Source: Acetobacteraceae bacterium
Lineage (GTDB): Bacteria > Pseudomonadota > Alphaproteobacteria > Acetobacterales > Acetobacteraceae
Assembly: GCA_043750075.1 (NCBI GenBank)
Contig: JAYVCG010000169.1
Span: 1 to 38,281 of the forward strand
Direction of reading: 5' to 3'
Length of the DNA stretch: 38,281 bases
Part shown: piece after piece, positions 28,282 through 38,281 of the stretch
Numbering within the stretch: the stretch's first letter is position 1
Layout: each line of letters begins with the position of its first letter
The notes under the pieces: generated by a model
What the model saw: only the letters and a program-made list of their open reading frames with translations
The model's database searches: none
What the model was told of the DNA's origin: nothing
Program-made: the position numbers and the translations under genes

Positions 28282-29115
28282 ATGGACATCTCCGGCAAGA
28301 CCGCCATCGTCACCGGCGCCGCGTCCGGCATTGGCCTCGGCATCGCCACCGCGCTGGCGGAGGCAGGCGCCAACGTGGTCATGGCCGACATTCAGAAAGA
28401 CGCGGTCGAGCAGGCGGCGCACGGCCTGTCGGGCACCAACAAGCGCGTCATGCCGGTGCGCATCGACGTGACCCAGGAACAATCCGTCCTCGACGCCCTG
28501 GCGGAAGCGGAACGCGCTTTCGGCAAACTTCACATCGCCTGTAACAACGCGGGCGTGCCGATGCACGGCACCCGCCTGACCGATGTGCCTCCCGCCGACT
28601 GGGCTTTTGTGATGGGCGTCAACATCTGGGGGATCATCCATGGCATCCGCCATTTCGTCCCCGCCATCCTGAAGCACGGGGAGGCAGGGCACGTCGTCAA
28701 CACCGCCTCGGTCGCCGGGTTCCAGAACCGCCGCGGCACCGGTCAGGGGCCGTATTCCATGAGCAAATACGCCGCCCTCTCCTTGTCCGAGGCGCTGGAG
28801 CAGGAACTGGAAGGCACCAATGTCGGTGTCTCCGTGCTATGCCCAGGACCGATCGCGACGAACATCGCGCGAGGGGGGCGTAACCGGCCGGATCACATGG
28901 GCGGGCCGCGCACCCAGGCCACGGATGAGGCGGTACTGGCCGAACGCCTCGCCGCCACGGGCCTGGACCCGAAAAAGGCGGGGGAACGGGTGGTGGACGC
29001 GATCCGCACGAAGACCTTCTACGCCTTCGTCAGCGCCGTGCCCGCCGATGTCATCCGGGCGCGTCATCGCCGCATCGAGGAAGCCCTGAACAGCCCGTGG
29101 GTCACGCATTACTGA
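28282..29115 (+). CDS. Short-chain dehydrogenase/reductase
   Basis: TGAASGIG, NNAG, NTAS, YSMSK, LCPG. Confidence 0.92.
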   Translation: MDISGKTAIVTGAASGIGLGIATALAEAGANVVMADIQKDAVEQAAHGLSGTNKRVMPVRIDVTQEQSVLDALAEAERAFGKLHIACNNAGVPMHGTRLTDVPPADWAFVMGVNIWGIIHGIRHFVPAILKHGEAGHVVNTASVAGFQNRRGTGQGPYSMSKYAALSLSEALEQELEGTNVGVSVLCPGPIATNIARGGRNRPDHMGGPRTQATDEAVLAERLAATGLDPKKAGERVVDAIRTKTFYAFVSAVPADVIRARHRRIEEALNSPWVTHY

Positions 29116-29155
29116 GGGTCGCGGCCACCCTTGTTCCGTCCGCGATCCCGCGCGT

Positions 29156-30160
29156 TCAAGGACGCAGCAACGGACCCACTTCCTCGGCGAGCCGATGCAG
29201 TTGTTCGAGGGCGAGGCTGTTCGGCATGCCCGGCCAATGGACCGAGGCGACGAGGTGATTGACCCCCAGCCGCTGATTGAGCCGGTTGATCTGATCCGCG
29301 ACCTCCGCCGGGGAGCCCATGAGGAAACGGTCTTCCAGTAATTCATTAAAGGCATGGTCGAAATCGTCGCCCTCGGGCATCACTTTGTCCTGCCCCCAGG
29401 CGCGGTAGGCCTTGTATTTCTCCTCAAGATACGGCTGCGCGAGGCGGATCGCCTCGGCGCGGCTCGCGGCGATGAACACCTCGCGGCGCATCGGCACCTC
29501 GGCGGGGAACGGGCGGCCATATTCATCAAGGGCGCGCTTGTACACATCCATTTGCCGCTCGATCGTCGCCAGGGTGTTGTGCGGGTTGATGTACCAGCAA
29601 TCGCCGAGACGCGCCGCGCGCCGGATCGCGACATCGGCGTTGGCGCCGATCCAGATCGGCGGAGTGGGTTTTTGCAACGGTTTCACGGTACAGGTGGCGT
29701 GATCGAGTTCGAAACCCGCGCCCTTCATGGTGACGAAATCCTCGGTCCACAGGCGGCGGATCGCGGTGAGGCATTCCTCGAAGCGGGCGCCAAGCTGGCC
29801 GCGCGGCACGCCGAACGCCTTGAACTCGACATCGCGGTAGCCGATTCCGGCGCCGAACACGAGCTTGCCGCCGCACAGCAGATCGAGCGTCGCCAGTTGC
29901 TCGGCGAGATCGAGCGGTTTGTGCAACGGCACCAGCACCAGTCCGCAGATGATCCGCAACCGCGGCGCTATCGCGGCGCAGTACGAGAGAAATGGAATTT
30001 GCTGCACGGACTCGAATGGATGCGCGCTGAAATGCGAACCCTTGACGATGCCATCAAAACCCAGGCGATCCGCGCAGCGCACGAGGTCGAGATCGTCGCG
30101 TAACCGTTGCGCGGTGTCGCCGGGCGGATGCTGGCCGCGCACCATCAGGCTGAGTTTCAT
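29156..30160 (-). CDS. Luciferase-like (LLM class) flavin-dependent oxidoreductase
   Basis: PLDLAEQLATLD..GKLVFGAGIGYR..EF, PPIWIGA, RRAARLGD, GSPAEV. Confidence 0.9.
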   Translation of the reverse strand: MKLSLMVRGQHPPGDTAQRLRDDLDLVRCADRLGFDGIVKGSHFSAHPFESVQQIPFLSYCAAIAPRLRIICGLVLVPLHKPLDLAEQLATLDLLCGGKLVFGAGIGYRDVEFKAFGVPRGQLGARFEECLTAIRRLWTEDFVTMKGAGFELDHATCTVKPLQKPTPPIWIGANADVAIRRAARLGDCWYINPHNTLATIERQMDVYKRALDEYGRPFPAEVPMRREVFIAASRAEAIRLAQPYLEEKYKAYRAWGQDKVMPEGDDFDHAFNELLEDRFLMGSPAEVADQINRLNQRLGVNHLVASVHWPGMPNSLALEQLHRLAEEVGPLLRP

Positions 30161-30164
30161 GGTT

Positions 30165-31253
30165 TCAGCTTTCGCTCAGACGCCGGAACGCCGGGGAGGC
30201 GATCAGCGGTTTGTCGGTATCGACGCTGACGCCGGTGAACATGCGCCGCGCCCCCGGCACCCGCTTTGCCTGGAAGGCGGCGCGCGTTGCCTCATTGGCG
30301 CCGTGCAGGATGCCTTGCGGAACGTGCGACAGGATGCCCGCGCCGCGGCCGCCGTCCCCGTCGGCATGGACGAAGACGCTTTCGTCGTTATCGACGTTGC
30401 GGTGGTACGAGGGCAGTTCCTCGGCGTTGAGGTCGGCCACCGCCACCTGCGGCACGAAGGTGACGACGATGAAGCCCCGGGCCTCGAACGTGCACCAGGC
30501 CGAGGGCGCCACGTGCATCCGGTCGGAACTGATCGGGATGATGTCGCGGATGTTCAGTTTGAAGGGGAACAGATCGCCTTTCCAGCCCACCGAGACGAGC
30601 GGGTTGTTTCTGTAAAAAATCGAACTGTGCTCGCCGCCGGACTTCACCCGCAGTTCATGTTCATCGGCCTCGGGGAAGCGGTAATCGCACAGTTCCGGCA
30701 GTGTCAGGATCGTCGGATCGACCGGCATGTGGCGGCCGGTCTGCTTGTGCTCGGCCAGGGCCAGGGGCGCCGGGGATTCGACCACCAGCAGCAGGCTGCC
30801 GCCCGGATCGGGGATATGGCTGAATGTCACGCCTTTTGGGATCAGCACGTAATCGCCTGGCTCGTAGGGGAGGCGTCCGAATTCGGTGGCGAACATGCCG
30901 GTGCCCGTGTGGACGAAATACAACAGGTCGCCGTCGAGGTCGCGAAAGGCGCAAGGCATGGGCGCCACGCGGCGGCTGACCGCGAGGCTGACATCGGCAT
31001 TGGACAGCATCAGTTCCGGTCCGCCGCGCGGATCGCTTTGGTCGGAGGGCTCGGCGCGGGCCATGTCGGCGGCGCGGCGGGGGTGCAGCGGGCCCTCGAC
31101 GCGGATGATCTCGTTGGGTCCGTGTTCGCGGTAGATCATCGCCACCGGGCCGAAGAAGCCCTGGCGGCTGATGTGTTCCTCGCGCAGGTCGCCGAGACCG
31201 ACGCGGGCCTGGCGGACGTGGCGTCCGCGTGCGTGGTGGATCCAGGATCGCAT
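30165..31253 (-). CDS. hmgA: Homogentisate 1,2-dioxygenase-like protein
   Basis: REEHISRQGFFG, DGDLLYFVHTGTG..TEFG, VGWKGDL, PSYHRNVDNDE, PQGILHG; substrate not certain. Confidence 0.75.
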   Translation of the reverse strand: MRSWIHHARGRHVRQARVGLGDLREEHISRQGFFGPVAMIYREHGPNEIIRVEGPLHPRRAADMARAEPSDQSDPRGGPELMLSNADVSLAVSRRVAPMPCAFRDLDGDLLYFVHTGTGMFATEFGRLPYEPGDYVLIPKGVTFSHIPDPGGSLLLVVESPAPLALAEHKQTGRHMPVDPTILTLPELCDYRFPEADEHELRVKSGGEHSSIFYRNNPLVSVGWKGDLFPFKLNIRDIIPISSDRMHVAPSAWCTFEARGFIVVTFVPQVAVADLNAEELPSYHRNVDNDESVFVHADGDGGRGAGILSHVPQGILHGANEATRAAFQAKRVPGARRMFTGVSVDTDKPLIASPAFRRLSES

Positions 31254-31341
31254 GACGCCGCACTCCTCGCGTGGTGGTGGGAGGAGGGTAGCAGGGTGTG
31301 GGGTGGGGGGCCATGCGGAGCGGAGCCCCGGCCTTCCTTCC

Positions 31342-32426
31342 TCACCCCGGCATCAACGGCGCGTGCAACCGCGTCCCCTCACAAATAATCCCGCCCCGAT
31401 CCCCGATCGTCACCCCGCCGTAACACTCAGCGAACACCGGCGGCAGGGGCCGCGCATCCGGCGGCGCCAGCCACAACCGCAACAAATGCCGCTTGCGCTC
31501 CCCCTCCGGTCAGTCCTCATACGCGGTGCGCGCGTGCAAAACCGTGTGATTATGCAGAAACCGCACATCCCCCGGCCTGAAATCCATGTCGAGCCGCAAC
31601 TCCGGATCATCCGCCAGCACAGCCAGCAGGTCGAGTGCCTCGATGTCCTCGGGCGTCAGCCGCCGCGCCTCGGGAAACCGCTGCGCCGAGCCAATGTGCA
31701 GCCGGGAATACAACACCGACACCACACCATCATGCGCGTTGAACACGGGGGCTTCATGGAAAGGCCCCTTGCCGGCGGGCACCTCGCCACGGCGATCGAC
31801 GGGGAAGCTCTGGTATAACCGCTCCAGCAAATCGGGCCGCCGCGCCGCCATCACATTATGTACCATCATCGAACTGACGATCGCGGACAACCCGCCCGAT
31901 TTCGCGCGCCGCAAACACAACAGCGCCACGACATCGCAACGGTCGATGTGATAATTCTGCCGCTTGGCGGTCGCGTAACCGCGCGTGTTGGGATCGGTGG
32001 CGCTGCCGCCGCCCAGATCATGCACATGCCCGAGCAAATGCCCCTTCGCGTTCTGCGCGCGCGCTGCCGAAATAAGCGCCAACACCCCAGTACGCGACCG
32101 CGCTTTCCTCGATCGGCCACCCCTCGACCGGCAGGCCGCGCAGACGCGCGAAACCGCGGCCACGCAGCACTTCGTTCCGCAGCCGGTCCAGCACCGGGCC
32201 AGGCGAGGGCAGCGGAAAATCCTCCCGGCGGATGGCGGCGATAGCGAGACCGCGGCGGCGCACCGCCTGGTACCGCGGTTTCAATCCCGGCGATCTCGAT
32301 GGGCGAAAGCGCGTGGCTCCATTCCGCCTCGCGCGCGCGCATGTCCGCACCGGTCCAAACGGAGGGCCCCTCGATCAAAGGCCGCGATGGCGTCACGGCA
32401 CGCGCATGGGTCACGGACATCGGCAC
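31342..32426 (-). pseudogene. TauD/TfdA-like 2-oxoglutarate dioxygenase pseudogene
   Basis: Homology spans three frames (IEGPSVWTG / LRGRGFARLRGLPV / HIDRCD..NHTVLHART); in-frame TGA at 31512-31510, after which the frame continues ..RKRHLLRLWL..GDRGGI to a stop at 31342. Confidence 0.85.
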
Positions 32427-32883
32427 ACCTCACCGCACAGGTTGGCCAGCGGCTCCAGCCATGGGAAGACAGGGCGCATGGAAACGGGCGCGCATGGCAT
32501 ACACGCACGCGGCTCCTGGTCCAGCCGCGCCACGGCTTCCTTCAGGCTCATGACCACGCCCCAACCCGTTCGTATCTCCTGGGCCGCGCGAGCGATCCGC
32601 GTTGATGCCCTCACGCGAAAGACGGACACCGCCGCGATTTTCCGGCGCAACCGTTTCGCCATCCGTTTGCATCGAGTCCGGCCTGGCCGGGGGACGGCGG
32701 GGTAGCCGTGCCCTGTCTGACCCGCCCGGATTTTCGCGCGTGTCATGAGGACGGGCGCTTCAGGAATGCGCGGTCAGGGGCCGCGGGATCAACGCTTCGT
32801 CAACTACTTGCGTGTACAAGCGCACGGTTCCTTCCGGTCGCGATCGTGCGGCCGGGTTCACCGTTCGCACACAGGTTTCCTTC

Positions 32884-33780
32884 ATGCGCCTCAGAGTTTT
32901 TCGCGCCCCTGGCATGGCCGGCGCCATGGCCCAGGTGCGCGCGGAGCTGGGGGCGGAGGCGCTTATTCTGAACACGCGGCGGGTCGCGGGCGGGATCGAG
33001 ATCACCGCGGCGCTGGAACCGGACCCCGCGCCGCCGCCGCCTCCCTCGCCCGATCCTGGCCGTCTGGAGGCGCTGACATGGCATGGCGTTCCCCCCGCCT
33101 TGCATTCCAGCCTCGCCCTGGGCGATCTGACGGAGGCGATTGGGCGGGTCTTGCCGTTCGGCAGCCTGCCGCTCGCGCCGCATGACCATCCGGTGATGCT
33201 GACCGGGCCGCCCGGTGCGGGCAAGACACTGACCACGGCGCGGCTGGCGACGCGGCTGGTGATGAGCGGCGTTTCGCCCATGGTCATCACCACGGACGGT
33301 CAACGCGCCGGGGCCACCGAGCAACTCGCCGCCTTCACCCGGCTTCTGGGCGTGAAGCTGCTGGTAGCGAGCCAGCCGGTCAGCCTCGCCCGCGCGCTGG
33401 CGCAGCGGCGGGACGGGGCGCCAGTGCTGATCGACACCGCCGGCATCGACCCCTTCGATCCCGCGCGGACGGAGGAACTGAAGGCGCTGATCGCCACCGC
33501 GGGCGCCCTGGCAGCCCTGGTCCTGCCCGCTGGCCTCGATCCCGCCGAGGCCGCCGATCAGGCGCTCGCCCATGCCGCCTGTGGCGCGGCTTGTTTGATC
33601 GTCACGCGGCTCGATCTGACGCGCCGGATGGGCGGCGTGGTGGCGGCGGCATCCGCCTCGCGCCTGCCGCTGGCCGAGGCCGGGATCGGGCCGGGCGCGG
33701 CGGATGGGCTGATCCCTTTCACTCCCTCGATCCTGGCCGCCCGGCTGACGCGGCCCGAAGGCAAACGGCATGACAGTTGA
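32884..33780 (+). CDS. flhF: Short FlhF-like SRP-family GTPase
   Basis: MRLRVFRAPGMAGAMAQVRAELG..ILNTR N-terminus, GPPGAGKT, DTAG, TRLD; upstream of a MinD-like gene. Confidence 0.8.
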   Translation: MRLRVFRAPGMAGAMAQVRAELGAEALILNTRRVAGGIEITAALEPDPAPPPPPSPDPGRLEALTWHGVPPALHSSLALGDLTEAIGRVLPFGSLPLAPHDHPVMLTGPPGAGKTLTTARLATRLVMSGVSPMVITTDGQRAGATEQLAAFTRLLGVKLLVASQPVSLARALAQRRDGAPVLIDTAGIDPFDPARTEELKALIATAGALAALVLPAGLDPAEAADQALAHAACGAACLIVTRLDLTRRMGGVVAAASASRLPLAEAGIGPGAADGLIPFTPSILAARLTRPEGKRHDS

Positions 33781-34525
33781 TCGTCCGCGTTTCATCGCCA
33801 TCGCCTCGGGCAAGGGGGGCGTGGGCAAGACCTGGCTCGCGATCACGCTGGCGCACGCGCTGGTGCGGGCGCGGCGGCGGGTGCTGCTGTTCGACGCCGA
33901 TCTGGGGCTGGCGAATGTCGATGTGCAACTGGGGCTGACGCCGGAAGCCGATCTGACCGCGGTGCTGTCCGGGCGGATGGACGTGGCGGGGGCGGTCACG
34001 CGGCATGTGGCGAGCGGGCTGCACGTTCTGGCCGGGCGTTCCGGATCGGGCGCGCTGTCGTCCCTGGCGCCCGCCGCGCTGGAGGCATTACTGACCCGGT
34101 TGCGGGAGGAGACGGCGGAGTATGATACCGTGCTGCTCGATCTCGGCGCGGGGATCGACCGGGTGGCGCGCGGGCTCGCCGCCTGGTGCGACCTGCTGCT
34201 GGTGGTGGCGACGGATGAGCCGACCAGCCTGACCGATGCCTACGCGGTGCTGAAACTCCATACCGCCGACCGGCCGGACGGGGAGGCGCGGATCGTCATC
34301 AATCAGGCGGCCTCGGCGGCGGCGGGACAGCAGACCTATCTGACGCTGCGGCGGGCCTGCGCGACTTTCCTGCGCCGGGAGCCGCCGCTGGCCGGGGTGA
34401 TCCGTCACGATCCGAAGGTGCGGGACGCGATCCGGCGGCAGACACCGTTGCTCAGCCGCCATCCCAATTGCGCCGCGGCTCAGGATGTGGAGGCGCTGGC
34501 GCGGGGGATGGACGGGCGGGGGTAA
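33770..34525 (+). CDS. flhG: FlhG/FleN MinD-ParA family ATPase
   Basis: IASGKGGVGKT, DADLGLANVD, EPTSLTDAYAVLK. Confidence 0.88.
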   Translation: MTVDRPRFIAIASGKGGVGKTWLAITLAHALVRARRRVLLFDADLGLANVDVQLGLTPEADLTAVLSGRMDVAGAVTRHVASGLHVLAGRSGSGALSSLAPAALEALLTRLREETAEYDTVLLDLGAGIDRVARGLAAWCDLLLVVATDEPTSLTDAYAVLKLHTADRPDGEARIVINQAASAAAGQQTYLTLRRACATFLRREPPLAGVIRHDPKVRDAIRRQTPLLSRHPNCAAAQDVEALARGMDGRG

Positions 34526-34602
34526 GGAGCGGGCGTTCCGGTTCCGTGTTCCCTGGACTCGCGCACGGTTTCCGGCGCCGTGCCGCGGGAAGGGAGGCAG
34601 GG

Positions 34603-34767
34603 CTCACCACGGAGTTCACGGAGAACCACGAAGGGGCACGGAGAAGGGAAAACCAGGCCCTTTCTCACTGGCACGGGATTTCACTGGCACATCCGGTGCC
34701 GCTTTCCCCTGGTTTCAGGGAAGAAGCTCCGTGCGTCTCCGTGGTTCTCCGTGACCTCCGTGGTGAG
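34603..34767. repeat. Palindromic MITE/REP-like element A
   Basis: CTCACCACGGAGTTCACGGAGAACCACG..CACGGAG / CTCCGTG..CTCCGTGGTTCTCCGTGACCTCCGTGGTGAG; ~40-bp imperfect inverted ends. Confidence 0.8.
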
Positions 34768-34872
34768 AAGCTTTCCTGTCCTTTCCACCCGGCATGGCAT
34801 CCATCCGGGCGCACCCGCGAAGAACCGCGAGGTTCTTTCTTTGGTTCGTGTCCGTGCTCAGCACCGCCAGGC

Positions 34873-35039
34873 TTCATTCCAGAGGGCCAGAGGGCCAGAG
34901 AACCAGAGGGGAACACTACCCATGGGTTCGTGCGTCTGCCCTGTTGATGCACGGCCGCTGCGCGGCGGAGGAAGGCACGGTTCAGCCTGAAGCTTCTCTG
35001 GTTCTCTGGTTCTCTGGTTCTCTGGTCCTCTGAAATGAA
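34873..35039. repeat. Palindromic MITE/REP-like element B
   Basis: TTCATTCCAGAGGGCCAGAGGGCCAGAGAACCAGAG / (CTCTGGTT)3CTCTGGTCCTCTGAAATGAA inverted ends built from 8-nt units. Confidence 0.8.
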
Positions 35040-35141
35040 TCCTTCGCGGTGTTTCCCCACGGCGCTGGCCCTGCCGGTTCCCGTGCGGAAAACATGACAT
35101 GCGCCGCATCAGGGGAACGCGCCCCGCTCCACCCCGCGCGC

Positions 35142-36257
35142 CTACCCCGCGGGCGCGTGCACCAGGATGTCGCCGAGTTTGTCGATCAGATAATCGGCGT
35201 CGGCGGGGTCGATGGAGTCCGTCAGCGTCAGCACGCGGCTGATCACGCGGGCGCGGAAGCGTTCCAGGTCGCGGGTGGCGCCGTCGAAGCCGGTTTCGTC
35301 CACCACCTCGACGGCGGTGCTGATGGCGCCGAACAGCGCCTCCGGCATCACCGCCTTGCGATAGAGCGCGGCGAGTCCCCGGCGGCCTGGCTCATGGATC
35401 AGGATCTGGGCGTTGGTGACGGGGACATCGCCCTTGACCGCCATCGCCGTCTCGAAGAAGGCGATGTCGCCGGTGCAGAGCGCGCGCAGCATCAGCGTCG
35501 GCGTCAGGCGGCCGCTGTGGTGCATCTGCGCCACCATCCGCAGCAGCTCATCCTCGGAGGAGCCCATGCTGAGATGGATGATCGCCTGTTCCCGGCAGCG
35601 CAGCACGATATCGGAGGCGACGGAGGGCGGCAGGGCGTGCGCCTTCACCAGATGCTCCTGCAACTCACGCGAGACCAGGGTGACGAGGCGTTCGGAGACG
35701 GTCATCGGCAGGGTCTCGCGCTTCACCATCGCTTCCTTCACGCGGTCGCTGGCGGCGAAGCGGGTGACGGCGTGGATGAAACTGTGCTCGGCGATGCGGG
35801 CGGTCTGGTTGCCCATCAGCACGGCGACCGCCGGTTCGGTGGCATGGACGATGAGCGCGTCCGCGATCACCTCGGTCAAATTCGGACGGGAGGCGATGGT
35901 TTCCTGCTTGCGCGGCGAGCCCGCGCGGACCAGCGCCACCAGGTCTTCATCCGTCAGCACCAGCGAGTCGGCGAGCATGGGCAGCGCCACCGCGTCGATG
36001 TCATCGGCGAGGCGGCGGGCCACGTCGCGCGGCAGGTTCCGCGAGTGGCGCAACCCGTGCGACAGCGAGGCGCGCACCCGTGCCTCCACATCGCCCGCGA
36101 GCAGGCGCACGATGTCCTGCGCCAGCGCCACCTCCCCGGCGGCGAGGTCGTTGCCCGTGAGATCGGCCGCCAGCTTGTCCGCCAGTTCGATCCGCGACTC
36201 GGACGAGGGTTCGGCCAGCAGGCGGGCGACGTCGCGTTGCGTGAGGGAAGCGGCCAT
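35142..36257 (-). CDS. DUF2336 domain protein (start ATG 36257)
   Basis: DVARLLAEPS..R..LA.KLA, LA.D.E..VR..LS, VA.PML..S.VLTDEDLV, LRALCTGDIAFFE.AMA. Confidence 0.85.
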   Translation of the reverse strand: MAASLTQRDVARLLAEPSSESRIELADKLAADLTGNDLAAGEVALAQDIVRLLAGDVEARVRASLSHGLRHSRNLPRDVARRLADDIDAVALPMLADSLVLTDEDLVALVRAGSPRKQETIASRPNLTEVIADALIVHATEPAVAVLMGNQTARIAEHSFIHAVTRFAASDRVKEAMVKRETLPMTVSERLVTLVSRELQEHLVKAHALPPSVASDIVLRCREQAIIHLSMGSSEDELLRMVAQMHHSGRLTPTLMLRALCTGDIAFFETAMAVKGDVPVTNAQILIHEPGRRGLAALYRKAVMPEALFGAISTAVEVVDETGFDGATRDLERFRARVISRVLTLTDSIDPADADYLIDKLGDILVHAPAG

Positions 36258-36393
36258 GGGACCTCTGGGGAAAACGCCTGGGGGGAGCGCCTGGGGGAAG
36301 CGGATGCCCCAGCCTGCCAGCAAAGGTTGAACGAGGGGTTAACAACCGAGCCATGCCAAATCATCGTTTGCCAGACCGCGCGCGAACGCCCAC

Positions 36394-37035
36394 ATGGCGC
36401 GCATGATGTATCGCCGCACCGCCCTGCTCATGGGTTTGTCCTTCCTCGCGCCGCCAGGGATGTCCCGCGACGCCGCCGCTCAGGTCTCCCCCCAGGATCG
36501 CGCCGATCTGACCCGGATCGAGGGGTATCTGAACAGTGTCCGCAGCCTGCGGTCGCGCTTCATCCAGACCGCGCCGGATGGCGATGTCACCCAGGGCGTG
36601 GCGGTGATGCAGCGGCCCGGCAAGATGCGCTTCCAGTACGACCCGCCGACGCCGTTCCTGCTGGTGGCCAATTACGGCACGCTGTTCTTTCACGATTCCA
36701 GTCTGAAGCAGACCAGCAACATCCCCCTCAGCCGCACGCCGCTGGGGATTTTGCTGTCGGACCAGACGACGCTGTCGGGCGATGTCACGGTGACCAAATT
36801 CGTCCGCCTGCCCGGCCAGTTCCAGATCACCCTGGTCCGCACGGCCAATCCGGGCGAGGGAACGCTCACGCTACTGCTGGCCGACAACCCCCTGACCCTG
36901 CGCCAGTGGATCGTGGTGGATCAGCAAGGCAAGCAGACCCGCATCACCCTGACCAACCTCGAAGCGGGCGCCAGGGTCGATCCTAAACAGTTCGAATTCA
37001 ACAACCCCATTGCCTCCCAGGGCGGCGGCGGCTGA
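36394..37035 (+). CDS. lolA: Outer-membrane lipoprotein carrier LolA
   Basis: Signal peptide, IEGYLNSVRSLRSRFIQ, RPGKMRFQY, TPLGILL, LRQWIVVDQQG. Confidence 0.9.
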   Translation: MARMMYRRTALLMGLSFLAPPGMSRDAAAQVSPQDRADLTRIEGYLNSVRSLRSRFIQTAPDGDVTQGVAVMQRPGKMRFQYDPPTPFLLVANYGTLFFHDSSLKQTSNIPLSRTPLGILLSDQTTLSGDVTVTKFVRLPGQFQITLVRTANPGEGTLTLLLADNPLTLRQWIVVDQQGKQTRITLTNLEAGARVDPKQFEFNNPIASQGGGG

Positions 37036-37256
37036 ACCACGCGCCGGGTCCGGGCGATCCCGCCGCTCGTCCAGACCCGGTTCCTTGCCCGATCCGGTCT
37101 CTGTCCTTATTTTTGATATTTATCATTTTTCTTGGACTTTCCTTATGATCGCCTTATGGGCGGTTTACGTCCGGCCCATGATCGTGGCAGCCTTTCGTGG
37201 TCCATGAACCGATGGACAGGCTGGGATCGAAATCTCAGGAACAAGGGAAATGACAC

Positions 37257-37949
37257 ATGGGCATGAGCCAACGGCTCGGTGCGGAATTCTTCGGCACCTT
37301 CTGGCTAACTTTCGGCGGTTGCGGCAGCGCCGTGCTCGCCGCGGTGTTCGCGCCTCAACTGGGCATCGGGTTCGCGGGGGTCTCGCTGGCCTTCGGTCTG
37401 ACGGTGCTGACCATGGCCTACACGGTCGGACACATCTCCGGCGGGCATTTCAACCCCGCCGTGACGATTGGATTGTGGGCGGGCGGGCGTTTCCGGACGG
37501 CTGACATCGGCCCCTACGTCATCGCGCAGGTCGCGGGCGCCATCGCCGGAGCGGCGGTGCTGTATCTGGTCGCCTCCGGCAAACCCGAATTCGCCGTTGG
37601 CGGCTTCGCCTCCAACGGTTACGCGGCGTTGAGCCCAGGGAAGTATAACCTGGTGTCGTGCCTGCTCATGGAAGTCGTCGCCACCTTCTTCTTCCTCCTC
37701 GTCATCCTGGGCAGCACTTCCTCACGCGCGCCAGCGGGCTTCGCGCCGATCGCGATCGGGCTGGCACTGACGCTGATCCATCTGATCGCGATCCCGGTGA
37801 CCAATACCTCGGTCAACCCGGCCCGCAGCACCGGACCCGCGCTGTTCGCCGGGGGCGAGTATGTGATGCAACTCTGGCTGTTCTGGCTGGCCCCGATCGC
37901 GGGCGCCCTGCTGGCCGGTGCCGTGTCGCGCTGGTTGCAGGAGGAGTAA
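37257..37949 (+). CDS. aqpZ: Aquaporin Z
   Basis: [43 protein letters not shown]. Confidence 0.97.
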   Translation: MGMSQRLGAEFFGTFWLTFGGCGSAVLAAVFAPQLGIGFAGVSLAFGLTVLTMAYTVGHISGGHFNPAVTIGLWAGGRFRTADIGPYVIAQVAGAIAGAAVLYLVASGKPEFAVGGFASNGYAALSPGKYNLVSCLLMEVVATFFFLLVILGSTSSRAPAGFAPIAIGLALTLIHLIAIPVTNTSVNPARSTGPALFAGGEYVMQLWLFWLAPIAGALLAGAVSRWLQEE

Positions 37950-38150
37950 TCCGTTCCGGCGACCGCGAGGGACCGGCGCGCGGCGCCGGTCCGGTGCCGC
38001 GTTGAGGCGTCATGAGCCGTCACGGCGGAGGAACTGGCGCGGAGCCGTGGTGCGGATGGAAAGAAAGAGCCGCTCATGGGGCCAGAGTGTAAAACTCGTT
38101 TTCACTCTCCCCGTGACCCCTTGATAAGGCTGGGTGACCCCTTGAAAGAA

Positions 38151-38225
38151 TGGTAGCGGCGGACGGATTTGAACCGCCGACCAAGAGATTATGATTCTCC
38201 TGCTCTACCGCTGAGCTACGCCGCC
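38151..38225 (-). tRNA. tRNA with CAT anticodon (probably elongator Met; Ile2 not excluded; not initiator)
   Basis: GGCGGCGTAGCTCAGCGGTAGAGCAGGAGAATCATAATCTCTTGGTCGGCGGTTCAAATCCGTCCGCCGCTACCA; lacks the initiator GGG/CCC anticodon stem and C1:A72 mismatch. Confidence 0.93.
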
Positions 38226-38281
38226 ATCCGTCGAGAGGCGCGGGGAATACCCCCACAACGCCGGTGCCGTCAACCGCCCTG

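Noticed and set aside
32411-32746. Short minus-strand ORFs upstream of the TauD pseudogene
   Set aside because: Possibly a gene remnant, but no recognisable motif

Overview
High-GC alphaproteobacterial chromosome segment; gene order and proteins resemble Acetobacteraceae (inference). The backbone is cvpA-purF-SDR-lysA-DUF4175-tRNA-Arg(CCG), then SDR, LLM monooxygenase, hmgA-like, a TauD pseudogene, flhF-flhG, DUF2336, lolA, aqpZ and a tRNA(CAT). Two accessory insertions interrupt it. (1) A ~3.3 kb nuclease/toxin-antitoxin islet (Uma2, DUF6602-like, MNT-HEPN) lies between ~230-bp direct repeats of the cvpA upstream region and 5' end. (2) A ~17.3 kb island with no visible integrase is bounded by 53-bp repeats of the tRNA-Arg 3' end. 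It carries a complete type I-E CRISPR-Cas system (32 repeats, 31 spacers), a CorA-like 2-TM protein and a HEPN-like/NACHT/TPR STAND protein. Most notable is a degenerate one-spacer mini-CRISPR between cas3 and cas8e, whose first repeat is written into the last codons of cas3. Its 26-nt guide matches a site ~120 bp away with an AAG PAM and mismatches at positions 6/12/18, covering a candidate promoter. Downstream of that promoter lie a strong hairpin, a 9-codon ORF with a very strong RBS, and the cas8e operon. This looks like a CreR/CreTA-type RNA-guided autoregulation or addiction module. All family calls are motif recognition by eye; no searches were run.
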